In this document: positions 50,641 through 63,257 of the stretch, in pieces | How the letters are laid out: each line of letters opens with the position of its first letter | Position numbering within the stretch: position 1 is the first letter of the stretch | From: Octopus sinensis | Lineage: Eukaryota | NCBI RefSeq assembly: GCF_006345805.1 | Contig: NC_042999.1 | Span: forward strand, 149,110,001-149,174,000 | DNA length: 64,000 nucleotides | Reading direction: 5' to 3' | The notes under the pieces: generated by a model | The model's database searches: none | What the model saw: the letters and a program-made list of their open reading frames with translations, nothing else | What the model was told of the DNA's origin: nothing | Translations under genes and position numbers: made by a program

Positions 50641-52939
50641 TATATATATTCTTTTACTTGTTTCAGTCATTTGACTGTGGCCATGCTAGAGCACTGCCTT
50701 GAAGGGTTTTAGTCAAACAAATCGACCCCAAAACTTATTTTTAAGCCTATTACTAGATGGAGCACATGAGACATGGATCATCATCAGGTAGGCCACCGCT
50801 GAATATATTTGAGGTAATTTTTCATTGAGGCATGCCATTCAGAAAGTCGTGTGACCAGTATTTTACCCATGACTGCTCTACATGATACTCAGTGTGATAG
50901 AAATAGCTATCAAATTTCTCTCAAATTACACTCTGCCAATTTAAAGAAAAAAAAACTGGAACATTAATGATGTAGTCCTAGATACTTTCAGAAAAATTGA
51001 ATAGTTATGGCTGGCAGGCCATTGGCCATAGGCTGATGTGGGGCTTGACAACAGCTTACAAAGAGCTCTACATTTCTTTCATATATTCTTTTCTACACTA
51101 GGCAAAAGGCCTGAAAATTTTGGGGAGGGGGCCAGTCAATTAGATTGACTCCAGTATGCAACTGATACTTAATTTATCGACCCCGAAAGGATGAAAGGCA
51201 AAGTCGACCTTGGCGGAATTTGAACTCAAAACATAAAGACAGACGAAATACCTATTTCTTTACTACCCACAAGGAGCTAAACACAGAGGGGACAAACAAG
51301 GACAGTCAAATGGATTAAGTTGATTAGATCAACTCCAGTGTGTAACTGGTACTTATTTAATCAACCCCGAAAAGATGAAAGGCAAAGTCGACCTCGGTGG
51401 AATTTGAACTCAGAATATAGAGACAGACGAAATACCGCTAAGCATTTCACTCGGAATGCTAGCGTTTCTGCCAGCTCACCGCTTTTTCCTTCATTTCCTT
51501 CAGATATTACAAGATGGTGTTGCATTCTGCACACTGCTAGCTTTACATAAAAAGAAAGAAAAAAAAAAATTCATTTTTAAAATAGGCATAAGACTTGAAA
51601 CTTGTGGGAAGGGTAGAATCAACTTGATTGGTTCTTTAAAATCAAGTTTGCAAGGATGAAAGTGAGGTTGATCTCAATGGAACTTGAACTCAGAATGTAA
51701 AAATCTGTAACTGCATACAATACTGTAAGGAATTTAGACCAATGCTCTAACCACCATAGTATCCATGGTCTCCCACACCAGGTACCACAATCTCAAATAT
51801 AGCAACTTTAAGCCTTATCACCCATTCTCTTTTCATTGGTATTTGTGTTTGTTCTTTGCTGAGGTCAATATAATTACTTCTAGACATTCCCAGTCATAAC
51901 AGGATGCTAACTTTGATTAACCCAAGTGGCGATCAGCTCAAGGTTTTCCACACAAACTGTCTGTGAGGAAAGTTTCTTTATTCAGACAGTTTCTACAGTG
52001 AAGGTGTTGTCACATCATAATCATCATCATCGTTTAATGTTCCCTTTCCATGCTGGCACGAGTTGGACGGTTTGACTGAAAACTGTTAAGCTGGAGAGCT
52101 GCACCAGATTCCAATCTGATTTGGCATGGCTTCTATGGCTGGATGCTCTTCCTAATGCCAACCACTCCAAGAGTGTAGTGGGTACCATTGGTGTGACACC
52201 GGCATCAGCCATGACTATGATCTCACTTGGCTTGATGGGTCTTCATAAGTAGGGTATATCACCAAAGGTCTTGGTCATCTTTATGTTAAATATAATTGGT
52301 CACACTTATATTTTATTCAATGCTGCTTCATCTGCTTCTCTTTAATTAATTCCAGCTTGACTAAGCTTTACATATATCAGCATATTTACTATAAGCTATT
52401 TAATTATAAGAATGGTTGTTCTTAGTGGGCTATGAATGAAGCATTTGGTGTCTGGAGCTGATGAAGTATAATGATCCAGAAACATGTGTTCTACAATCAT
52501 CAACTCTCATCTGTTTCCAAGTAAGGTAATATTTTCCTGTAGCCAGTCATTTTCTCACAGAAAACATTGGATATGAATGATGCCACTTGCATCACAGTGA
52601 CAATCACTTATAGCTACCATGCAATGCCATGCAAGGAGATACAAACAAACACATATTCATGCCACCCATATATATATATATATATATATCGATTTTGATA
52701 TTGTCAATTTGAATACATCGTCACAAAATGTGTGCCATCGTTTTAATGTGTATTTTTTAATGTGTATTATTTAGTATAGAAATTTTTAGTACAATATTAA
52801 TAATAATATATTAAAATTTATATTTTATTCTAGATAATATCTTTCATTATTAATTGAATTACTTTATGGAGGTTCTGTCTCTTAATTCTCTCTCTCTATA
52901 TATATATATCTATATATATTTATATAGATATATTTTCGT

Positions 52940-53240
52940 CGCCCTTTTCAAGCCTAGCCAGGCTCATGGGCCCGGTTTTCCGGTTTCTGTGGTGTATGTG
53001 TTCCTCCCAGCTGGATGGGATGCCAGTCCATCACAGCATTACTCAAGAAACAGGAAGAGAGAGTGAGAGAAAGTTGTGGTGAAAGAGTTCAACAGGGGTT
53101 GTCACCATCCCCTGCCGGAGCCTCGTGGAGCTTTAGGTGTTTTTGCTCAATAAACACACACAACGCCTGGTCTGGGAATCAAAACGACGATCCTCCAACC
53201 GCGAGTCCATTGCCCTAACCACTAGGCCATTGCGCCTCCA
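52940..53240 (-). mobile_element. SINE type E
   Basis: Reverse complement of 58406-58710. Confidence 0.85.
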
Positions 53241-53337
53241 CATATAGATATATAGGTAATGAAAATATATAGAAGTGAACACTTTTCAAGAAACAACAAC
53301 ATAGGGCTCAATTTATTGAGCACTTAGATTAAAGTAT

Positions 53338-54069
53338 TAATTTGAAAGAGACAAGTTCCAAGGTCAATAATACTCCTCATCTAAGCCGACGAATATCTAT
53401 ACACAGAGGGCATATATAAGCCATTATAAGCATCCGAACACATAACATACAAAAACATATATATACATATAATAGTGTAATTCTGTGCCCAAATCCAAGT
53501 TGGATAAGTAATTGCATAAATACATAGATAAATTAAGAAGTCCAAGCTAATGAGATAAAAGTTCACAATAATCCAAAGGAGAAGTCCTCAAATGAATCCA
53601 ATAAATAGAAAGAGTCTTACGGCCGTTTATGGGAAAGTGCGAAGAAGTATGTAGGTAAGACCTTTTCAACTTCGGTAATCCACATTATGATTTTGCTTAA
53701 AAATTCCAAATCCGTACATATTCTCTGATGAAGGAAATGTGGATTACTAAAGTTCAAAAGGTCTTACACACTTTGCACATTCCTGTAAGACTCTTTCTAT
53801 TTATTGGATTCATTTGAGGACTTCTCCTTTGGATTATTGTGAACTTTTATCTCATCAGCTTGAACTTCTTAATTTATCTGTATGTATTTATGCAATTACT
53901 TATCCAACTTTGATTTGGGCACAGAATTACACTATTATACGTATATATAGGTTTTTATATGTTATGTGTTTGCATGCTTATAATGGCTTATATATACCCT
54001 CTGTGTTTAGATATGTGTTGGCTTTGATGAGGAATATTATTGACCTTGGAACTTGTCTCTTTCAAATTA
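53338..54069. repeat. Long inverted repeat (arms 53338-53686 and 53736-54069, 49-nt spacer), Penelope-like terminal repeat with hammerhead-ribozyme remnants
   Basis: The arms are reverse complements with scattered mismatches. CTGATGA at 53725-53731(+) and AAACGGCCGTAAGAC at 53628-53614(-). Confidence 0.85.
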
Positions 54070-54298
54070 TATATATGTATGTATGTATGTAGGTATGCAT
54101 GTATTGATGGATGGATGGATGTATCTAGGTATGTACCAGTAGTTCCCAACCTGTGGTCCCTGGAACCCTGGTGGTCCACAAAGGTAGTACTGGGGGTCTG
54201 TGAACAGGATAAGCTGAGAAACCTTTCTATATCCTGGGGTTCATGGGAAAACTCATTTCAATAAAAGGAATCCTTAGTAGTGAAAAGGTTGGGAATCA

Positions 54299-54487
<189 letters not shown>

Positions 54488-55232
54488 GGTGTCCTGTACT
54501 CACGTATATATATTTATATATGCATGTATATATACATGTAGATGTAGGTACGTACATATATGTATGTATGTATGCATATATTTTATTTATTACACTATTG
54601 TATGACTGAGCGCACTCGCGTTGATTCGATTTGATTCGTTTCGTTTCTTTTCGGTTCTTCTTCTCCCAGTACAGTTTATATATATATGACAGGCTTCATT
54701 CAATTTCTTTCATCCTATCAAATTCATTCAGCCAGAGGCTATAAAAGACACTTGCCTAAGGTACCATGTAGAAGGACTGAACCTAGAATCATGTAATTGA
54801 GAAATAAAATAAACCTCTTAACCACACAGCCACACCTGTGCTTATGTCATACCTGTGTCTAAATAAAACTGAAAACACTGAACAGAACAACATCAACATC
54901 AACAACACACATCATTCATTTATCACGGCAGCTTAGCATGGATTTCTAGTAATTCCTCTTAGAATTTCAAAAAAACTACAAAATATTCACAAATGCAATA
55001 AAGTATGCAGTTGCTTATTATATTGCATAAATGCAAATTGCACCCACTGCACATTCAAAGACCACCTGCAGATGAACTGACGAGCGAGCTTCCACGTCAT
55101 AGCTGAACCTCTTAAAAATAGCAGCCAAATCACATACTGTGCTGTAATCAGGACTGATATACAGCTGAACATGAAGAAGAAGAAGAAGGAGAAGGAGGAG
55201 GAGAAGAAGAAGAACAAGAAGAAGAACAAGAA

Positions 55233-55264
<32 letters not shown>

Positions 55265-55277
55265 TCAGCATCATCAT

Positions 55278-55318
<41 letters not shown>

Positions 55319-55458
55319 GCCGTAACAACCTGCAAAGTGAAACACCTACACTTTGATTTTAAATGTCAAGAGAATGGTTCAGAACAAAACCGCAATGTTT
55401 TGATTCCTACAGCTGTTTAAGCATAAACACCCACATAAATAGACACTATTTCACTCAC

Positions 55459-55487
55459 CTGATTCTGATTGAAGGTTGGGGTAGGTA
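55459..55487 (-). other. Candidate 29-nt micro-exon (UTR or coding) of a minus-strand transcript
   Basis: Branch-like gctaac plus pyrimidine tract plus cag acceptor, and a consensus CAG|gtgagt donor, in unique sequence. Confidence 0.4.
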
Positions 55488-55799
55488 CTGGGGGGTTAGC
55501 AAAAAGCAACAAACACAAAAAAAATAAATAAATAAATGAGAGGTAAACAAAATGTGGAACCAAAGAGTTCCTCAAGACTCAGATTGTCTGATAGATTTCC
55601 CTATTCTTTTATTTGTTTAAGTCAACCCCATGACTTATTCTTTGTAAGCCAAGTACTTATTTCCTCAGTCTCTTTTACCGAACTGCTAAGTTACAGGGAC
55701 ATAAACACACCAACACCAGTTGTCAAGCGATGGTGAGGGAACAAATACAGACATGCAAACATATACACACACATATATATACATATATATATATATGTG

Positions 55800-56707
55800 T
55801 GTGTGTAATGTGTAAAGTTAGTGTACATACTCGAAAGAGTGTTAGTGCCTTGAGAGAAAGGTTGGACCTCAGAAGCATCAGATGTGGTGTGCAAGAGAGA
55901 CGACTGCACTGGTATGGCCATGTGACGAGAATGGATGAGGATAGCTGTGTGAAAAAGTGCCACACCCTAGCAGTTGAGGGAACCTGTGGAAGAGCTAGAC
56001 CCAGGAAGACCTGGGATGAGGTGGTGAAGCATGACCTTCAAACATTAGGCCTCATCTTGGCAATGACTAGTGACTAAGACCTTTCGAAATATGCTGTGCT
56101 TGAGAAGACCTGGCAAGCCAAGTGAGACCATAGCCTCATGGCCTATGCCAGCGGTGTAACCAGCCCACTTATGCATACTTTTCCTTCATTGGACACTAAA
56201 CTCTGCTTGCGAAGACCCATCGAGGTAAGTGAAATCGAAATCGAAATCGATGACTGGCATCCGTGCTAGTGGAGCACTAAGAGCACCATCCAAGCGTGAT
56301 CGTTGCCAGAGTAGCTAAAAGGCTTCCGTGCTGGTGGCACGTAAAAAGCACCATTCGAGCGTGATCATTACCAGCGTCGCCTTACTGGCACATGAAAAAA
56401 CATTCGAGTGAGGTCATTGCCAGTGCCACTGGGCTGGCTCCTGTGCAGGTAGCATTTAAAAAAAAACACCATTTGAGCGTGGCCATTGCCAGTACTGCCT
56501 GACTGGCCCTCATGCCAGTGGAATGTAAAAGCACCCACTACACTCTCAGAGTGGTTGCTGTTAGGAAGGGCGTCCAGCTGTAGAAACTCTGCTAGATCAC
56601 ATTGGAGCCTGGTGCAGCCATCTGGTTCACCAGTCCTCAGTCAAATCGTCCAACCCATGCTAGCATGGAAAGCAGACATTAAGCGATGATGATGATGATG
56701 ATGATGA
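55800..56707 (+). mobile_element. RTE LINE 3' ~0.9 kb (ORF end plus 3'UTR plus (GAT)n tail)
   Basis: LRERLDLRSIRCGVQERRLHWYGHVTRMDEDSCVKKC..GTCGRARPRKTWDEVV, with the RTE C-terminal RLxWxGHVxRM and GRPRKTW motifs. Confidence 0.92.
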
Positions 56708-57149
56708 TATATATCTATATATATATATATATATATATACGACAATCTTGTTTCATTTCCGTCTACCAAATCCGCTCACAAGGCTTTGGTCAGCCCAAGG
56801 CTATAGTAGAAGACACTTGCCCAAGGTGCCACACAGTGGGATGAGAACCATGTTGTTGGTAAGCAAGCTACTTACCACACAGTTCTGTAGGAAAGGGTAG
56901 CATTTCTGAATGTCTTTGAATTTTAGAAAATTCTGTATGATATGCTTTTCTACTCTAGGCACAAGGCCCAAAATTTTTGGGGAGAGGGCCAGTTGATTAA
57001 ATCGATCCCAGTACAAACTGGTACTTAATTCATCGACCCCAAAAGGATGAAAGGCAAAGTTGACCTTGGCGGAATTTGAACTCAGAACGTAAAGACAGAC
57101 AAAATACGGCTAAGCATTTCGTCCGACATGCTAACGTTTCTATCAGCTC

Positions 57150-57300
57150 ACCACCTTTCTGAAGCCAAATGTCTGCCAGTTCTTTGATTTCATGCAGATA
57201 CTGTTTCTTGTCCTTCAAGGTGAAGAACTCCTTCACTGAAGTTTCCATGTCTTCTTGGTTGATGAAGCATCATGAGCGCAGGAAGTGAACCATGGATCAG
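57150..57300 (-). mobile_element. mariner transposase C-terminal remnant
   Basis: SMVHFL..F..EDMETSVKEFFTLKDKKQYLHEIKELADIWLQ. Confidence 0.7.
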
Positions 57301-58047
57301 AACAAGTAATAATCCAAGGATCTTAATCGACTTAGTTCTTATTTTTCCTTAAGTTTGGTCCCTGTTCAATCAGTTTCTTTTTCTGAACCACTAAATTACA
57401 AGGATGTAAATAAACCAACACTAGTTGTCAAGTGGTGATGGAAACAAACATGAAAACACAGCATGGCCACAGTCTAATGCCTTATAATGATTTTGCTCAT
57501 TTGAATGTTACTTAATCTATCCATAATGCTTTCACGTGATTATTTGAAGAGAAAGGCGAAGAGAGAGAGAGAGAGAGAGTGAGAGAGAGAAAGAGAGAGA
57601 AAAGTAGGAGAAAGAAAAGCAGGAAAGACAAAAAGATGGCGAGAGAAAAAGAGGTAGAAAAAAGTGTCCATGATGTGAGGTAGAGGGAACGTAATTGTAT
57701 CACTTTCACGTGATTAGTTAAAAGAAAAGAGAGAACAAGAGGGAGAAAGAAAAAGGAGAGAGAAAAAGAGGAAAAGGCAAAAAATTAGACAGAAAGAGGG
57801 AGAAAGAAAAAGCGAGAGAGAGAAAAAGAGGAGAGAGAAGTGTCAATAAATTAAGTACCAGTTGCATACTAGGGTTGATCTAATTGACTGGCCCCTCCCC
57901 CAAAATTTCGGGCCTTGTGTCTGGAGTAGAAAAGAATATTGTTTTTCCTTTTTTTATTTTTCTTATTGCATATCTATAATTTCTAGTTAATGTGTTGACA
58001 CTACAACAGTTCTCCTGAATAGTTTCTTTTTTTAATTAATTTTGCAG

Positions 58048-58170
58048 CCAGTTCTAGCTCTTGCAGTCATCAGTCCTGTTGCAGGATTATTAGCTTTTAT
58101 GGTCTTCGGCATCACAATGTGTACTGCAGCTATACTTCACTACCATGAATCACCAGCCTGTTTACAAGTG
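58048..58170 (+). CDS. Coding exon 5 of the four-TM protein: PVLALAVISPVAGLLAFMVFGITMCTAAILHYHESPACLQV (TM4)
   Basis: Acceptor tttttttaattaattttgcag|, donor GTG|gtgagt. 123 nt, phase 0-0, open, hydrophobic. Confidence 0.88.
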
Positions 58171-58405
58171 GTGAGTTATTACTGTTTCACCTTTATTGCA
58201 GTTATTATTTAACTTTTTATAAAGCTTCTTATATTTGGTATTGAGTCAATGAGGGGGCCTCTATACAGTAACTTCAGTACCATAGCCAGGTTCTAAAGTC
58301 AGTGGGAGTGAGCACATAAAAAAAGACACTGTGACACATACCAAGCATTTTAAACTCATTTTGCCTATATTATTTGAAATATTTCAATAGTTACAATATA
58401 CATAG

Positions 58406-58710
58406 TGGAGGCGCAATGGCCCAGTGGTTGGGGCAGTGGACTCGCGGTTGGAGGATCATGGTTTCGATTCCCAGACCAGGCGTTGTGTGTGTTTATTGAG
58501 TGAAAACACCTAAAGCTCCACAAGGCTCTGGCAGGGGGTGGTGGCAACCCCTGTTGTACTCTTTCGCCCCAACTTTCTCTCACTCCTTCTTGTTTCTTGA
58601 GTAACGCTGTGAAGGACTGCTGTCCCGTCCAACTGGGGGGAACACATACGCCATAGAAACCGGGCCCAGGAGCTTGGCTAGGCTTGAAAAGGGTGCATAA
58701 ATAAATAAAT
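58406..58710 (+). mobile_element. SINE type E
   Basis: A and B boxes, V-like motif, (AAAT)n tail. Confidence 0.85.
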
Positions 58711-58906
58711 AATATACATAATTGTATTCTACATTTGTTAATTTGATGTTTCAATGTCATTATGTATGAAACTTACAACTACTGATATTGGTGTGACATG
58801 AAAAAGATGAAGCACCACAGAATTGGCCAGCATCAAGAGGTTATGATGTCAGGGTTTGCTTTGGTTGTTCAGATGCCAGTGGCCACCAACATGTCACCGG
58901 AGATTG

Positions 58907-58971
58907 AACATGGGAAGTTGGTCAAATAAAACATGGGAAGTTGGTCAAATAACATGGAAGTTGGTCAAATA
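58907..58971. repeat. Three-copy ~21-bp tandem repeat aacat(g)ggaagttggtcaaata
   Basis: Visible. Confidence 0.85.
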
Positions 58972-59419
58972 AAGAAAGTATTAGAATCAAAGAATCTAGT
59001 GAGGTTTAAGATTAACAAATAGTAAATACAAACAGCTCAGAACTGAATAAATTAGTTTGCAGAGAGGAATAGAAGAGGCCCTAGTTGTAGGAAGGGCCCT
59101 TATATTTGATAAAGGATCCTGCCTGAAATGACCATTCCAATTTATTATGGCATTTTCAGAATTAAATATCTTACAGTTAGTTCTGCCTGGTATGATCTTA
59201 CCTTTGTGTCTTCTGAGCTTAGTAAAATATGTATTAACAATATGCTAAATTTGATTAAATTAATAATAAATCTTCTCTAAAAATGCAATATTGTTTTCAT
59301 TCAAAAATCAATATTTAAAAAAAATTTTTTAAATAAAATATAAATATTTGTAGATCATTCTCTCTTTATTTTAACATCCTTAAATATTTTTGACATGAAT
59401 TTTTTTCTTCTTTTCCCAG

Positions 59420-59590
59420 CATGCCATATCTTATAACCCAGAAGCATGTGAGCAGCCACTGATCGTCTGTACATCAGATATTGAAGATTCACAAGATTAT
59501 TTGCCATCTGACATTGCTTTTGATCAATCATTTGCAAGAAGACCCACAGATTTTGATGTTCCTTTACGAAAGTATCATAAGATAAGATAG
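59420..59590 (+). CDS. Probable last coding exon of the four-TM protein: HAISYNPEACEQPLIVCTSDIEDSQDYLPSDIAFDQSFARRPTDFDVPLRKYHKIR* (acidic cytoplasmic tail)
   Basis: Strong acceptor ttttttcttcttttcccag|. Phase-0 frame open for 56 codons to TAG 59588-59590, followed by repeat-poor sequence to about 60.8 kb with AATAAA near 60603. An alternative phase-2 donor at 59572 makes the exact C-terminus uncertain. Confidence 0.72.
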   Translation, partial: HAISYNPEACEQPLIVCTSDIEDSQDYLPSDIAFDQSFARRPTDFDVPLRKYHKIR

Positions 59591-60812
59591 TTTTGTACCT
59601 AAAACGTAAAGAACAATTATGGAAGTGAACTGCTTTTGTTCAGTGGCAAGATGATGAATTCAACAAAATCTACACAGCTGTCAATGTTGATAGGTTATCA
59701 ACTCAACAACAAACAAACATTGACTGTGGTTTTTATTCTTAGACATCTGAGTCATTTATGCTGTTTAAGGGGAAAAGCCATGTATTTGTGTGACTGTTTG
59801 GTATACACAGATTTATCACATACACTGCTAATGTCCTTGGGAAAGGCATTAACATCACAGATATCCACATCACACTTTCCCTGAAATATAAGGTCTTTGT
59901 GCTGAGTGAAAAAAGATATGTAAATTTGTTTGTCACCAACAAACAAAACAAATACCTTGATTTTTCTTAATGAAGGTTTTCATAACTATGCATTTTGCAA
60001 TTCTGTTTGCCACTAAAGTTTTGAATTTAAAAAAAGAAGTATCTTGGCTAAAACTGGTGGCAAAGAAATGGAAAAAGAAGTGAATATAGTCTTTATTGTA
60101 AAATGAAGAATTGTTAACATTCATATATTCTTCATGGAATATTTATCTCATTAGCATCACAAGAGATCACCTTATTTTAATTTCTACTGAATTGAAATGC
60201 CAAGAGACAAAATGATTCCATAAAGTAAAATAATTAGAGAAATATGAACTGTCAGGTGTTTTGTGCTTAAAAGTGAACTATTTCTAGTGACTGAGTAAGG
60301 GCAGGGTTTATGCTTATATTTTCTAAAATCATTTTCAACTTATTGTTTGATCTTTTCTTTTCCATTCTCTTTAGTAACTGGCTGTCATTTTGTACAGTGA
60401 AGATGGTTGTGGTTTAGAACATTATAGTAGACGCTTAAAGCTACCTCACTTGTTAGTCTTTCACCATTTTCAGATTGATAAAATAAGTAATACAGTAATA
60501 ATACCAGTAATATGCTAAGAATTATTTCAATTGACAATACATTTTCCCTGTAAATGACTGGCATTAAGCATAATCAAAATAAATTATGTAATCTTCAACC
60601 TTTAATAAAACGTGCTGTATCTTTTCTCTGTGTCTTCTACAACCAGATCTTTCAAATGTACCAAACCCACCCAAATTAGATGTTTTGCAAACCTTACACT
60701 TCACCTTAGGTTCTCTATGCAATAATATGAGTTAACATGAGTATGCATTTTGGCACAGCTATTTTAGCCCTGCCTATTTGGCATCACTGATTCAATGCTG
60801 CCTTACTTGATA

Positions 60813-61201
60813 CTAGCAGTATCGCCCGGCGTTGCTTGGGTTTGTTTCGACCCTTTAGAATTGGAATTTTTGAAAAGTAAAAATTTTGCATTATGTAGCT
60901 TGTTATTCTCTTTAAGTAAATATTTTTCTGGTTGAAATACACTGAAAAAGGATGACAAAGCGGTAAAAAAATCGTAAAAAATAGTGATTTTCATACAAAA
61001 AAGCACCTTTTTGATGTAAATAATTTTTGGTGTTAACATGGTCCGATTTGAATTTTTTCTTCTATGGAATGAAGAGCAAGCCTTCTTCTATCCTACTCTC
61101 AATTTTGGTCAACTTGCGCTGCAGGGTCTTGGAGGAGATAGTGTTAGTTGAAGGCTACCAAACCTGCCATACACAGACAACTTCAGCTTTATATATATAG
61201 A
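60813..61201 (-). mobile_element. Complete non-autonomous Helitron (389 bp)
   Basis: Minus strand reads A|TCTATATATATAAAGCTGAAG ... CCCAAGCAACGCCGGGCGATACTGCTAG|T: 5' TC, subterminal GC-rich hairpin, 3' CTAG, A-T target, no TSD. Confidence 0.88.
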
Positions 61202-62163
61202 TTAGACGCTTTGTCTTCAGGACCTTTTGGCACTGGGAAAATTCTGTCTTTATTTTAGTTCATAACAAACATGTAATCATGACTATTATTCTACTTTCTG
61301 TTTCACTTTATGTATGTGATGGCTGACGAAATGTGGAAAAGAAAAAATTTCTCACAAAGGGTTTCCATGCATCTTTGACAAAGAAAAAATGGCAATGATT
61401 TAAAATTTTGGTGTTGTGAGCAGGATAATTGGGGAGAGAGAACCATTAAGATGTATTAAATGACTCCAGTTGGTTCAAACACATCTCTCTCTCACTCTGT
61501 TTGATTATGTATGTGTCTTTTCTTCATGCCTATTTGAAGAAGGGTCATGTTTATAGTCATTGGGGGTCATTTAATATATTTTAATGTTTCTCACATTTTC
61601 TCTCTCTCTCTCTCAATCTCTCTCTGATTATGTTTTTTTTTCTTCATGCCTGTGTGAAAAGGGGGACATTTATAGTCATTGGAGGTCATTCAATACATTT
61701 TAATGTTTCTGTCTGTCTATCTATCTATCTATTTCTGATTATGTGTGTGTGTTAGCATATTTTTCTATGTGTATGAGGAGAGGGAAGTGTTTATGTCATC
61801 TCTCATTCATTCTATCAGTAATATGTATATTTCTACATGTGTGTGTGTGTGTGTGTGCTTCTAGTGCCAAAAAGTACTGTTGCCAAAAAAAAAAAAAACC
61901 CATTGCCAACACAGTTCCTATATCCAGTCAGCCATGCCAAGTTGTCAGCATCCAAACAGCAAAGCCCAATCATCTCATCCTATAATATCTTTTGTGAGTC
62001 AATATGACAGTCACCATGTTGTTACACAACTAGTTCTTCTTTTTCATAACATTTATATTTTCATTCAATAACATTTCTTTGTGAGGGTTGCTTTAAGCTA
62101 TGGCATATTAGCTTTACTCATTCAGTTATAGAAAATTCAGTAAAAGTATTTGTTTAAAATTTG

Positions 62164-62592
62164 TTGTATCTTGGGAGGATAATAAATACATGCACTGGTT
62201 CTATTTCTTGTATCTTGGGAGGGTCGTAATAAACACATGCACTGGTTCTATTTCACTTCTTTATTTTCTATTAGTCATTTGGTTAACCAATTAACTAACC
62301 AGTTGTTTGATTAATCATTTGGTCTGTCAATCAATCATTAGGTCTGCCAGTCAATCAGCTAGGTCTTCCAAAGTTCTTTTGTTAGACCTAGAGCATTGAT
62401 GAGATTGCAAATGGTGACTAAAGGTTTTTGATAAACCTGGCTGATCGATTGACTGAATGAATGTTTAACCAAGCAATCAGTTAGTTAATCGGTTAAATGA
62501 TTAACCAATTCACCAAATAAAAATAAAAACAAAAGCAGAATAGAACCAGTGCATGTGTTTGTTATTTGCATAATGACTCTTCTGAGATACAA
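62164..62592. mobile_element. MITE-like foldback element with long TIRs and a duplicated left terminus
   Basis: ttgtatcttgggagg..aataaa(c/t)acatgcactggttctatt occurs twice at 62164-62254 and is inverted at about 62539-62592. Inner arms are also inverted. Confidence 0.65.
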
Positions 62593-62850
62593 AAAATTCC
62601 AACAGGAGTCAACATCAAGACTCTTGCAAACAAAGATTCTTCATAATAACTACAACTGATGATTCTATATTTGGTTACTGTTTGAAATACAACACATTAC
62701 AAGATGAATACTTAAAAATATACACAGCCTACACTGCAAACTTGGTGCTGCTTTTTTTTCTCAAATAAAATAAATGTACATTCAGTAAATAAATGCAGTC
62801 TTTAAAAAAATTTTTTTGTGAACTGTAGCAAAAATGTTATTATAATTTCT

Positions 62851-63257
62851 TCTTTACTCTTTTACTTGTTTCTGTCGTTTGACTGTGGCCATGCTGGAGC
62901 ACCGCCTTTTAGTCGAGCAAATCGACCCCAGGACTTATTCTTTGTAAGCCTAGTACTTATTCTATCTGTCTCTTTTGCCGAACCGCTAGGTTACGGGGAT
63001 GTAAACACACCAGTATCGGTTGCCAAACGATGTTGGGGGGTGGGGGACAAACACAGACACATAAACTTACACACATACATATATACATATATACGATGGG
63101 CATCTTTCAGTTTCCGTCAACCAAATCCACTCACAAGGTTTTGGTCGGCCTGAGGCTATATTAGAAGACACTTGCCCAAGGTGCCACACAGTGGAACTGA
63201 ACACGGAAACATGTGGTTGGTAAGCAAGCTACTTACCACACAGCCACTCCTGCGCCT
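62851..63257 (-). mobile_element. SINE type A, full length
   Basis: Family match with head and tail. Confidence 0.9.

Noticed and set aside
55064-55162. Apparent minus-strand exon LYISPDYSTVCDLAAIFKRFSYDVEARSSVHLQ
   Set aside because: The core gatttggctgctattt..agg is a SINE-derived motif also seen near 14025 and 40015. The acceptor pyrimidine tract is a (TTC)n microsatellite and the donor is weak.
59644-59742. WQDDEFNKIY...* as the terminal exon
   Set aside because: The stronger acceptor at 59419 gives a longer open tail, and no phase-0 donor links the two. Kept only as an alternative.
60800-61250. Possible minus-strand exon interrupted by the Helitron
   Set aside because: The reconstructed 37-nt exon has plausible splice sites but no recognisable product or phase partner; likely chance.
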